This document shows, piece after piece, positions 1 to 20,354 of a stretch of 64,000 bases of DNA. The notes under the pieces are model-generated. The model was given only the letters and a program-made list of their open reading frames with translations. It did no database searches and had not been told where the DNA came from. How positions within the stretch are numbered: position 1 is the stretch's first letter; each line of letters starts with the position of its first letter. The translations under genes were made by a program, and so were the position numbers. The stretch covers positions 886,025-950,024 of the forward strand of contig OZ251252.1 of the NCBI GenBank assembly GCA_965240325.2, in the 5' to 3' direction. The stretch comes from Rebecca billardiae RCC1528 (taxonomy: Eukaryota > Protista > Haptophyta).

Positions 1-2168
1 AGCGCGGACGCGGCCGCGGCCGCGCCGGGCTCGCGGCCTCCGCCGCCGTGCCCGCCACCGATCGCTGCGTGCTGCGCGTGCTGCTGCGGCGCTGCCGCCG
101 GCGGGGCGAACCACACCTCCGCCGCCCAGCCGCCGTCCGCGCCCGCGCCCTCCGCGCCGCCCGCGCCCCCCGCGCCGACGCCCTCGTCGAGGCGCGGCGG
201 CGGCGCGCGCACGCTCACAACCGCCGACGCCAGCGGGCGCAGCGCCGCGGCGACGTGCGCGTCGGCCGTGCCGGCGAGCCACGCGCGCGCGCGCACGCCG
301 CCGCCGTCCGCCGCGAGCCTCCGCTCCCGGACTGGCGGCTCCCGGACTCGCGGCTCCCGGACTAGCGCGCGCCCCGCCGGCGCCGCTGTGAGCGCGTGCA
401 GCAGCGGCAGCTGCCATGCTGAGACCGACGGGAGAACGGTCGCCCAGTGCGAGAGCGGCGGGTGCGGCGCGTGCGCGTCGCTCGGCCGGCGGGCGGCGGC
501 AGCGCCACCGCCGCCACGCCGCCCGCCGGAGTCCGAGCTGTCGGCGTCGAGCGGCGGCGCGCGCTCCGGCGCGGCGCCGCGCTCGCGCGCCGACCCGCTG
601 CCACTGCCCCACAGACGGCCGAGGCCGCCGCCGCCGCCAGGGCTTGCTGAGCTCGTCGGGTGGGGCTGGGGCGGGCTGGACCGGGCGGCGGCGGCACGCC
701 GGCCGGGCCGGCCGTGCGCGTCGGCGGCGGCGCACGGCCTGTCGAGCAGCGCTCGCAGCAGCAGCACGACGCCATCGCTGCCTGCGCCGCCGGCGGGCGC
801 GCCGCCGGGCGGCTGGCTCGCCGACGGTTCGGCGCCGCGCTCGCGCGCGCCGCCGCGCGCCGCGAGGAGCGGGCGGCCGGGGCGCAGCGGGCTGGGCGCG
901 GCCGCGGCGCCCTCGCCGTCGGCACCCGCGCCGCCCGTGCCGCCGCCGCACCCGCCCGCCCCTCCGCCCGCCGGCTGCGCGCACACCAAGACAGACCCCC
1001 CGGCCAACAGAACTCGACACAGTCGAAGCAGCGCCTCGCAGCCGCACCGCACGCGCGCCTCCGCGCCGCCGGCGGTGCCGCCGCCGAGGGCGGCGGCGAG
1101 CTGCAGCAGCGACGGGCCGTGCGCCCAGCCCAGCGCGTCCGCCTCCTCCTCGCACGCCGCCGCGGCCCCGCCCGAGATTGCAATCTCGGCCCCGCCCGAG
1201 ATTGCAATCTCGGCGGCCGCCCGGTCGCGCGCCGCGTGCCGCGCAAGCGTCGCGCAAAGCCCGGCGTGCAGCGGCGCGAGCGCCGCGCCGGTGGCGGTGG
1301 CGACCGCGTCGTCCGCCGCGCCGACCTCCGCGCCGGCGCGCGGCGCGCGCGCGCCGCCCGCCGAGATTGCAATCTCGGCGGCCGCGTCCGCCATGGCCGA
1401 CGCCCAGATTGCAATCTCGGCGGCGAGGGCCGCGTTGAAGGGTCGAGCGGGCGCGACGGCGGCGACGCACAGCCGGCCGCGCCACGCGCTGACGACGGTG
1501 GCCGGGCTGCGCAGCAGCGACGCCGCCTCGAGCACCGCGTCCGCGCCGTCGCCCACGCCCGCCTCCGCCGCGTCAGGCAGCGACGCGCAGCGCGCGCCCG
1601 CGGCGGCGGCGTGCGGCGCGGCGGCGCTGGGCAGATGGTGCAGTAGCGCGCGCCAGTCGGGTGGCGGCGGCGCGTCGGCGGGGCAGAGGACGCGGCCGAC
1701 GCGCCAGCCGAACGCACCCTCATCCACCAGCTGCACCACGTAGCACGCCGCGCACGCCGCGCGCGGCGCGGGCGCGCGGCGCGCGCGCTCGCGCGCCGGC
1801 GACGTGCGCGCCGCGGGCGCCGCGCGCGCCGCGGCGTCGGACGACGCGGCGGCGGCGGAGGCGGCGGCGAGCTGGCGGTTGCGCGCGGCGACGGTGCTCT
1901 TCAGCCAGTGCGCCTGCGCCTCGCCCTCGTCGTACGCGCGCCGCGCCCCCTCGTCGCCCAGCACCGCCCACGCCGCTCCGACTCGCACGAACGCCGCCGC
2001 CGCGCCGTCGGCGGCCGCGCGGTCCGGGTGGAGGCGGAGCGCGCGCGCGCGGTACGCGGCGCGGATCTCGGGCGCGGAGGCGTCGGGCGTGACGCCGAGC
2101 GCGGCGTAGTGGCTCAGCTCCGCCGCCACCACGCCCGGGTCGAACGGCGCGTCGCCGCCATCCGCCAT
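1..2168 (-). CDS. DnaJ/J-domain protein with long uncharacterised C-terminal region (3' end beyond window)
   Basis: Manual translation from ATG 2168: MADGGDAPFDPGVVAAELSHYAALGVTPDASAPEIRAAYRARALRLHPDRAAADGAAAAFVRVGAAWAVLGDEGARRAYD. This is a J-domain with the HPD motif. The frame stays open to position 1, so it is missing from the ORF track. Confidence 0.85.
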   Translation of the reverse strand, partial: MADGGDAPFDPGVVAAELSHYAALGVTPDASAPEIRAAYRARALRLHPDRAAADGAAAAFVRVGAAWAVLGDEGARRAYDEGEAQAHWLKSTVAARNRQLAAASAAAASSDAAARAAPAARTSPARERARRAPAPRAACAACYVVQLVDEGAFGWRVGRVLCPADAPPPPDWRALLHHLPSAAAPHAAAAGARCASLPDAAEAGVGDGADAVLEAASLLRSPATVVSAWRGRLCVAAVAPARPFNAALAAEIAIWASAMADAAAEIAISAGGARAPRAGAEVGAADDAVATATGAALAPLHAGLCATLARHAARDRAAAEIAISGGAEIAISGGAAAACEEEADALGWAHGPSLLQLAAALGGGTAGGAEARVRCGCEALLRLCRVLLAGGSVLVCAQPAGGGAGGCGGGTGGAGADGEGAAAAPSPLRPGRPLLAARGGARERGAEPSASQPPGGAPAGGAGSDGVVLLLRALLDRPCAAADAHGRPGRRAAAARSSPPQPHPTSSASPGGGGGLGRLWGSGSGSARERGAAPERAPPLDADSSDSGGRRGGGGAAAARRPSDAHAPHPPLSHWATVLPSVSAWQLPLLHALTAAPAGRALVREPRVREPPVRERRLAADGGGVRARAWLAGTADAHVAAALRPLASAVVSVRAPPPRLDEGVGAGGAGGAEGAGADGGWAAEVWFAPPAAAPQQHAQHAAIGGGHGGGGREPGAAAAASA

Positions 2169-3249
2169 GCTCGCAGGCGGGCGGACGCGCTCCGCGGGCG
2201 GGACGGCCGCGCTTGCCGCAAGTCGAGCTCCGGCGCGGCCCACGCGTGCCGAAGCGGGCTGGTCAGTCAGATTTGCACGCACGATGGCGGCGAACATCGG
2301 CCGCTCCGAGGGATGCGCCCGCGCGGCGGGGACAGGAGCCTGCGTCACGGCGAGGCCATGGCCGTGGGCTCTGACTGCCGTCTCGGGCTGCCGCCCCGGG
2401 CCTGCACGGCGAGCCTGCCCGCGTCGCGCCACGCCTCCTCCACCTCCAATGCGCGCAGCACGCGACGAGTCCTGACCGGCGCGGCGGCTAAGCGGCCTGC
2501 GACGGCCAGGCGGCCGCGACACGGGCCGGCGCGCCCGCGGCGCGGCGCCTGACGCGCCGCGCCTGACACCGGCTGCTATTATTGCCATCGTTGGGCGCCG
2601 CGGTCGTCCGCGCCGCTAGTTCTTTCACTGGCGCTAGCAGCAGCAGTAGTATCAGTACGGCCCGTGCCTCGGAACACTCGCGCGGTGTTGACACGCATCA
2701 CGCCTGCTCCGGCCAGGCCGGGGCCACCAGCAATCCGCGGGGCGGCCGGGCGGGTGAGTTCCGGCCGACTCCTGACGCGATTACTCTACGCCATCCATAT
2801 CATGCGTTCATTCGTAGTCGTCATCATCAGCATCATCAGCTACTGCTTACTAGCAGCGCACTACGCGGTACTCGGTACGGAGCAGTAGTGACGGTTGCGA
2901 ACTATGATGACTACGTCGTATACTACGCATAGTGCATAGCGGCGGCGGCAGCGCGCTGCGACGCTACTCATCGGCGTCTGATATGACGACGATGGTCTTA
3001 TTGCGCGCGTTCATCATCGCAGCGCGCAGGCGGCGGCGGCTGCGTCTGCGACCGCCGCTGGCATCGTCCGCGGCGGCGCTCGCCGCGGCCAGGCCACGCC
3101 ACGCGGGCACTCGCCCACTTCACCGCCCTGGCGCGGCGGCTGCCTCAAGCGCCTGGGCGCGCTGTGCGCCCGCCGCCGGCTCGCCCGATGCGCAGCCAGC
3201 CCAACACGCCGCCGGCACCGCGCACAGCGCACCCAGCGCGCGGCTGCAG

Positions 3250-6200
3250 CTACCGCCTGCCGCCGCTCTTGCGCGCCATCGCCTTGCGCTTGTTCGCGTC
3301 CAGCTCCGCCTTGCGCATGCGCGTGGCGCCCGGCGTCACCTCGAGTAATTCGTCACTCGCGACGTACGCGATCGCCTCCTCGAGCTGGAAGGTGCGCGGC
3401 GGCGAGAGGCGCACCGCCTCCTCCGCCACCACGCTGCGCATGTTGGTCAGGTGCTTCGCCTTGGTCGGGTTCACGTCGAGGTCCGCCTCCTGCGTGTGCT
3501 CGCCTATAATCATCCCGCAGTACGTGGGCGCGGCGGGCTCGACGAAGAGCGTGCCGCGCGCCTCGATGGAGGAGAGAGCGTAGCCGGTGGTGGTGCCGTC
3601 GGCGGTGGAGACGAGCGCGCCCTTGCGCGCCGCGCCGAGCGGCCCCGCCCAGGGGCCGTACTCGCGGAACGCGGTGGTGAGCACGCCGGTGCCGCGCGTG
3701 TCCACGTGGAACCTTCCGCGGAAGGACAGCATGGCGCGCGCGGGCACCACCATCGAGAGCTGCGTGCGCCCGAGCGCCGCGTCCATCGCGCGCACCTCGC
3801 CCTTCTGCGCGGTGAGCGCGTCGATCACGCCGCCCACGTGCTCGTCGTCCACCTCGATGAACACCTGCGGACGGGCGGCGCGGCGCCGCCGCCGCGCGTG
3901 GGCACGCGGCGGGGCGCGCGGGGCGGCGGCGGTGCGGCGCAGCGTGCGCGCGCGCCACGCACGTCTTCGTACGGCTCGAGCTTGCGCCCGCCCTCGCCCT
4001 CGCGCGTGACCACCTTGGGCGGCGAGATGCACATCTCGTACCTGCGCCCGGCACGCGGCGCGCACACGCGCACACGCACGCACGGGCACACACGCGGACA
4101 CGCACGCGCGGGGCGCACGCAGGGCGGGGCAGGGGGCAGTGAGTGAGGCGGCGGGCGGGCGGGCGGCGCGCGCGCACGCAGCGCGCACGCAGCGCGGCCG
4201 CCCCCCCCCCCCCCCCCCGCGCAGCCCAGCCCAACGGCCAGCCCGGCCGCCCAGCCCATGCCCAGCCAGGCGCGCCCCGCGCGGGCTGCCCTGCGGCGCG
4301 GAGCACCCGCGCCACCACGGCCGTCGCCGCGCGCCACCACGGCGCCGCACCCCTCCCTGCGCAAGTTCTCGACGAGGACGCCCAGCTGCATCGCGCCGCG
4401 CCCCAGCACGTCTATGCCCTCGGGGTCTGTGGCGCACGGCTCGTGCACGATGGAGACGTTGCTCTGCGCCTCGGTGAGGATGCGCTCCTTGAGCTTCTGC
4501 GAGGTGAGGTGCCGCGACGCCGGGTCCTTGCCGGACAGCGGCCCGGAGTTGGGCAGGACCGTCATCCGGACGGTGGGCGGGTCGATGGCTGGCGCGGGCA
4601 GCGCGCGCTCGACGGCGGGCGCACACACGGTGTGCCCCACCGTGGCGTCGCCCAGCCCCGCCAGCGTGACGATCTCGCCCGCCGCCGCGCTCTCCGCCGC
4701 GACCTGCTGCAGCGCGTGCCGCACGAAGAGGCTCACCACGCGCCCGTCCTCCACCACCGCGCCCCCGCCTTCGCCGCCGCCCGCGCCAGCCCCCGCGTCC
4801 GCGGGCCGCAGCGCGCGCACGCGCTCGCCCACTCGCACGGTGCCGGCGCCGATGCGCCCGGTGAGCAGCCGCCCGAGGTACGGGTCGTGGCCCATCATGG
4901 TCACCACCTGCGCGGGGGGTGGGGTAGCGGCGGGGTTCGGAGCCGGCCGCGGCGGCGGCCGATGCCTGCCAGGGCGGCGCACGCGGCCGGGCGGCGATGG
5001 CGCGCGCGCGCGCGCACACGCCACGCCGCGAGCGCGCGCGCGTGCACCATGGCGAACGGCGCCGCCGGGTCCGCGTCCGGCGGCGGCACGTGCGCGAGGA
5101 GCCGGTCGAGCAGCGGTGCCATCCGCCCCGCGTGCCGCGCGCCCCACCCCTCCGCGCCGGGCGGCTCCTCCGTCGCCCAGCCCTCCTTGCCTGAGGCGTA
5201 CAAGATCGGAAAGTCGAGCTGCGCGTCAGAGGCCTGCGCGCAAGGGCGGGGGGGGGGGGGGGGGTGCGGAGTGCGCGCGGCAGCGCACGGCGCGCGCGCA
5301 CGGGTGAGCGCACGCAGGGCGCAGTGGCGGGGCGGGCGGGTTGGTGGGGCGAGCATCGGCAGTGGGCTCGGTGCGCGCACGGCCACCGCCGGCGTCCCCC
5401 CCGGCACCGCGCACGCCCCGCCTACATGCGCCCCACCGCGCCGGCTGCCTGCGGCGCCCGATGGCAGCGGGGTGGCAGGCTGGCGCCGCGCCCCCGCCCT
5501 GCGCGCGCACACGCGCAGCCCCAACGCGCCAGCCCTGCGCGTGCGCCCACGCACCCCCAGCGCCACCATCGTGTCGAAGATGTCGTTGACGGTTTCGTCG
5601 ATGCGCGCGGAGTCGCGGTCGACCTTGTTGAGAACGACAAGCGGCCGCAGCTGCGCGGCGATCGCCTTGCGCAGCACGAACTTGGTCTGCGCCATCACGC
5701 CCTCCGACGCGTCCACCAGCAGGCACACCGCGTCCACCATGCCCAGCACGCGCTCCACCTGGGGAGGGGGGGGTGTGTGTGCGTGTGCGTGTGCGTGTGT
5801 GCGTGCGCGTGTGTGCGTGTGTGTGCGCGTGTGTGCGTGTGTGTGCGCGTGTGTGTGCGTGTGAGCGCGTGTGTGTGAGAGAGAGAGAGGGGGGAGGGGG
5901 GAGGGGGGGAGGCCCGCGGTGTGGTCGGGCGTGCGCGACTGCACACCACCACCGCGCCACCTGCCACCGCGCCACCCCGCGCGCGCGTGCACGCGCACGC
6001 GCGCGCCGCCGCACCTCCCCGCCAAAGTCAGCGTGGCCGGGCGTATCGACAATGTTGAGCCGCGTGCCGCGCCAGAGGATGGAGGTGACCTTCGACATGA
6101 TCGTGATGCCGCGCTCGCGCTCCTGCGCGTCCGAGTCCATCGCGCGCTCGTCCAGCTCGCCCGACGCGCCCGTCAGCTCGCACTGCGCGAGCAGGCGGTC

Positions 6201-6413
6201 GACCAGTGTCGTCTTGCCGTGGTCGACGTGCGCGACGATCGCGACGTTGCGGATCTCCGGGGCGGCGGCGGGGGGGCGGGCCGGCGCGGAGAGGAGGCGC
6301 GGGCGGGCAGCCGGGGGCGCCGCGGCGCAGTGCGGCGCGTGCCGCCGCGCCGAGCGCGCGCAGTGCGGCAGCGCGCGCCGCAGCGCCGCGCCCATCTGCG
6401 TCATCGTCGCCAT
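3250..6413 (-). CDS. typA: TypA/BipA translational GTPase, organelle-targeted, 6 exons
   Basis: Motifs [64 protein letters not shown] and C-terminal [15 protein letters not shown]...ELLEVTP. Exons 6413-6015, 5758-5555, 5233-5048, 4907-4351, 4041-3963, 3864-3250 are joined by GT-AG introns in consistent phase. The Arg/Ala-rich N-terminus resembles a transit peptide. Confidence 0.95.
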
Positions 6414-6657
6414 CGTCGACGATCGAAGACGGTCGATGCAGCCGCCGGCCGCGGCCGCGTGGCCATCGCCGTCGTCGTCGCCCGGAGTCCAACGGCAAGT
6501 TTGAAGTTATTACCATTTTCAATTTATTCCGCCGCCGCGTTATTCGCTCATCCTCTTTTTTTAATTGCTGATGGGCGGCGGCGGTTGCCGTCAGCCCGCG
6601 GGCGCGTGCGGCCCGGCGCGCGCGCGGCAGTCCGGGCAGTCCGGGCAGCCCTGCTCG

Positions 6658-7940
6658 TCACTCCTCGAGCTCGGCCGTGCGCAGGCAGTGCAGCGCGGCG
6701 GGCAGGAACGTCTTGCGCGTCGCTGAGCGGCGCAGCGTCGACAGCAGCAGAGGGCCGTCCGCCGCCGAGCCCGCGCCGCCGCCGGCCGCTGCCCCTGCCG
6801 CGGCCGCGGGCGGCGCAGCGGGCGCAGCCGACACCTCCGCAAAGCGCAGGCCAAAGCCGCCGTCGCCGATGCCCTGCCGCTGGTACAGCGGCTCGGCCAG
6901 CAGGGAGTCCGGGAGCGAGTCCGGGCTGGCCTCGAGCGCGCGGGCGAGGGCGCGCGCGAGCGCCGCGCCGTGCGCGCCCGAGCCCGCCGCGGCGGCGATG
7001 GCGACGCCCTTCAGCCCTTCGAGCACGTCCGGACTCGGCACGCCCGGACTCGGCAGCGGCGCGGTGCCGTCGGCGGCAGCGGCACCACCATCGACGCCCT
7101 CGCCGCCCGCGGCGCCCGCGCCCTCGCCGCCACACCCACGGGCCTCCTCCGCCCCCGCTGCGCCCGCGCCGCCCGCGCCGCCGCCCGCGCGCTCGCGCGC
7201 GGCCGCGGCCGCGCGCAGCACGCGCGGCTTGTCGTCCGCCGCCGTCATCGCCACCACCACCGCCACGCCCCGCTCCGCGCCGAAGCGCGCGAGCACGCCG
7301 TGCAGCGCGGCAGCGGGCGAGGCATGCGGCGCGGTGCGCGCCGCGCGTGCCAGCAGCTCATGCATCGGCGCAAACACAGCGGCGACACCGAGCCCAACTG
7401 CCGCGCCACCGCCCCCGCCGCCGGTGCCACTGCCGCTGTCGACGCCGCCGCCCGCCGCCGCCGCCGCCGGCCGCAGCGCGGCGGCGCCCTCGTCAGCCCT
7501 CGGGCTAGGGTTGGGGTTAGGGTTGGGGTTAGGGTTAGGGTTAGGGTGAGGCCGCAGCGCGGTGACACCCTTGTAGTCGAGGGCGAGGAGGTCGGCCGCT
7601 GAGAGCGCGCTCACGTCAAAGCGCGCGTCGAGCAGCCCGCCCGCCAGCGCCTTCACCGTGCGGAACCCGCCCGCCGCCGCCGCCTCGGGCACGGCGGCCT
7701 TCCGGAGCCATTTTGCATGCGCGGCGGTCGCGCGCGCCGACTCGGCGCCGCCGAGCGCCGCGGCCGCGCCAAGCGGCTCACGCGCGGCCGCGTCGGCGCT
7801 GCCGAGCGCGGCGAGCACGCGGTGCGCGGCGCGCAGGTCACGCGCGGAGAACTTGTGCTGGTCCGCCGCGAAGCCGCGCGTGTCCACCGCGATCGCGCCG
7901 AGCAGCAGGCAGCGCGCCGTCTGCAGCGCCGAAGCGGCGT

Positions 7941-7983
<43 letters not shown>

Positions 7984-8739
7984 GCCGCCGCCGCCGCCGC
8001 CGCCGGCGGGCTGTGCGATCGCGGCGGGCAGCGCCTCGAGCGCCTCGACGACGAGGGTGGAGGCCGAGCCCGCCGCGACGTCGATCGCGCGCAGCGGCGC
8101 CTCCGCGTGCGCGCCCTCGTCGCTGTGGTGGTCCACAATCGCAACGACGCGGCCGCCCAGCATGGCCGCCGCCGCGCCGTCAAGACGGTTGTGGTCAGTT
8201 AGGACGAGGTCGAAGGGGGCGGCGTCGGGGTGCGCGGCGCGCCAGCGCTGCAGCACCTCCGCACTCAGCTCGTCCCAGAACAGCAGCTCCGCCGGCGCGC
8301 CGTCGCCGCTGCCGTCCAGGTCGAAGCCGCAGTGTCGGAACAGCAGCCGCGCGTCGGCGCGCAGGCGGAACGCGCGGCGCTCGAAGGGGATGAGCGGCAC
8401 GACGAGCGGCGCGGCGGCGAGGTCGGCGGTGGTGGGACCCAGCGGGCCCTCCCCGCCACCGACCCCCGCCGCCGCCGCCGCCGCGCGCGCGTACGCCATG
8501 CACGCCGAGGATGCGAGCGTGTCAATGTCTCCCGCCATGTTGCCCAGGACGAGCGTCGGGCGCGGGCCGGCGAAGCCCGGTGGCGGGCCGGCGAGGAGGC
8601 GGCGCTTGGCGTCGGCGAGGAAGGCGTGCATCCCGGAGCGGGGCGGCCCGGCCGTGCCGCACGCCGCGCCGCGCGCTCGGGCGGAGAGGAGGGCGAGCTG
8701 CGCGCACGTGAGCAGCCGCGCGACGCTCGCTGGCCGCAT
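6658..8739 (-). CDS. DHH-family phosphoesterase, exopolyphosphatase PPX1/PRUNE-like
   Basis: Motifs LVLGNMAGDIDT, LVLTDHN, VAIVDHH, GSASTLV, LLGAIAVDT and DLLALDYK. Start could be 8808 or 8739; the latter gives MRPASVARLLTCAQLALLSARA, which is signal-peptide-like. Confidence 0.85.
7504..7549. repeat. Interstitial telomere-type (TTAGGG/TTGGGG) tract within the DHH gene
   Basis: gctagggttggggttagggttggggttagggttagggttagggtga. Confidence 0.95.
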
Positions 8740-9124
8740 CAAGGCGCCTCCGAGTCGACGACGACCGAGAGCCGCCGACGAGGGAGGGGAGGGCATTGGC
8801 ATTGGCATTTTCGGTCATATTCGCACCTGCTACTTTTTTTTTCGTAGTTCGAGAGAGTTCCGCCTCTGATTTCTGCCGATCACTGCGAGGATGCTGCGAC
8901 GAATTTCCTCGCGCGCGAGCGGCGCTCGGACCCGCAGACGGCCGCAGACAGGGTCCGCGCCCTCGTGCCCGGCAGCGGGGCCGCACGCCGGGTAGCGGCC
9001 GCGCTGCACACGCGCCATGCACCCTCTGCCCACCGCCCCGCACTGGCGCCGCGTGCGCTCGCGCATGGATCAGCGGCGGCGCGCCATGCGGCAGACTGAG
9101 GTTGAGACTGATGAGAGGGGCCGC

Positions 9125-9661
9125 TCAGCGGTCGATGCGCCGCTGCACCGCCGAGCCGAACTGGTCGATGTCCTGCGTCGCCATGTCGGCCTTGCTCACG
9201 CCGTACCGCACGCACAGGTTCTCCATCTGCGGCGAGACCACCGACATCTGCCCGGCGCAAAACTTGCCCGCCTTCCCCGAGCGCGAGTCGATCGCGTATT
9301 GCAGCGCGCGCTTCTTCTCGTAGTCGGAGCGCGCGCCGACGCCCTGGTACGCGGCGTCGTCGAGGTCGATGCCCTGCTTCCACGTCCCCTCGCGGATCTT
9401 CTGGTCGCGCGCCTCGGACGCCGCCTTGTACATCGTGTACGACGCAGACGCCGGCTCGGGCCGCGCGCCGAGCGCGCCGAGCGCGCCCGCGGCCAACGCC
9501 GCGCACGCGGCTCGCCGCGGCAGCTGCGCCGGGGCGCGGGTGCTCGGGCGAGCCGTGCGCGCGCCCACGCGCCCGTCCGCCGTGCGCGCCAGCGCGACGA
9601 GCGCGAGCGCGCAGACGAGCGCGCGATGCCGCCCCGTGGTGGCGCGCTGCTGGCCGTGCAT
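9125..9661 (-). CDS. Putative thylakoid-lumen protein of unknown function (signal + transit + twin-arginine peptide)
   Basis: Hydrophobic ALVCALALVALA is followed by RRAACAALAAGALGALGARPEPASA|SYTMYK (RR, hydrophobic stretch, AxA cleavage site). The mature part is about 100 aa of normal composition with two Cys. Confidence 0.7.
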   Translation of the reverse strand: MHGQQRATTGRHRALVCALALVALARTADGRVGARTARPSTRAPAQLPRRAACAALAAGALGALGARPEPASASYTMYKAASEARDQKIREGTWKQGIDLDDAAYQGVGARSDYEKKRALQYAIDSRSGKAGKFCAGQMSVVSPQMENLCVRYGVSKADMATQDIDQFGSAVQRRIDR

Positions 9662-9825
9662 CGCGCAGGGCCTGCCTGATGCGCGCCGGTTGGGCGTCGA
9701 TGGCCGCCAGGGAACCTTTGCGACGACGAAAGGGCCGGATTCCGCTTACCGGATCGGAGAATCTTTGGCCGCCGCTCGGCGCTGATTGGCCAGCCACGCC
9801 GAGCGCGCGTGCGCAGCCGCGCGGG

Positions 9826-9866
9826 CGTGAATGCACGCGCGTGAATGCACACGCGTGAATGCACAC
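9826..9866. repeat. 14-bp tandem repeat (gcgtgaatgcac[g/a]c) x3 upstream of the lumen-protein gene
   Basis: Seen directly. A CCAAT box (ctgattggcc at ~9783) lies between the repeat and the ATG. Confidence 0.8.
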
Positions 9867-10385
9867 TCACACGTCCGCCCGCGGCCGCACCGTCCCGGCG
9901 CCGGCCCGTGCAGCCGCGGCACGGGTGGCCTGCAGCGGCAGTCAGGACTTCCTGGCCGCGTCCCGGCAGCGCGCGGCCGACCGTACTCCGAATTCCGCGC
10001 GGGCGCAGTGTTGCACGGATGGTGGCTTGACAGTCGGTGCACGGCGCCAGACGGCGGTGGATCCGGTCAACTCGCCGCCACCACAGACGGGCGGCGGCGG
10101 CTCAGGCAACTGACGCTGGTTCGGTGAGTCGCTGTGGGCAGCGCACGCCCAGCCTTTAGGCCGCGCCGCGCGCACGGTCCGGTCTGCTCGCAAGCGGGTC
10201 CGGGGCCGCAGTGCAATGCCGCGTGCGCCCGGTAATAAGTCGCGGTACTATAGTGGCAGTTCTTGTCGTCAGCAGCAGCGCGCACTACCGCCGGCTAGTA
10301 AGGCTGCAGCATCATCAGCGCACGGCGCGCGCGCACTACAGCACGACTGCTAGCTCGCTACTGCTATACTTATCGTGCTGCTGCG

Positions 10386-20126
<9,741 letters not shown>

Positions 20127-20354
20127 CGCTCAAAACGCGACTGCGGGGCCTGCGCGGAGGAAACAGTCGAAGGCCCGGGCGGCCGCGGCCGTCGTTTTCG
20201 GCCCACCGCACGTAGTGTGCAAACGGGATTTGGCATTTCATGCGTTCATTTGGCCCGCGCGCCTTTTCCTTTTCGCTAAATTCGCCGCGCACCCCCGCCT
20301 GGCATCAAAGCTGCGGGAACGGCGAGCGTGCTTGGCGCTCGCCGCTCGGCGGCC

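Noticed and set aside
268-2109. Plus-strand ORFs 268-1743 and 1804-2109
   Set aside because: Antisense shadows of the minus-strand J-domain gene.
3250-6413. TypA as bacterial contamination or recent HGT
   Set aside because: It has five spliceosomal introns and a transit-like peptide; organellar TypA is normal in algae and plants.
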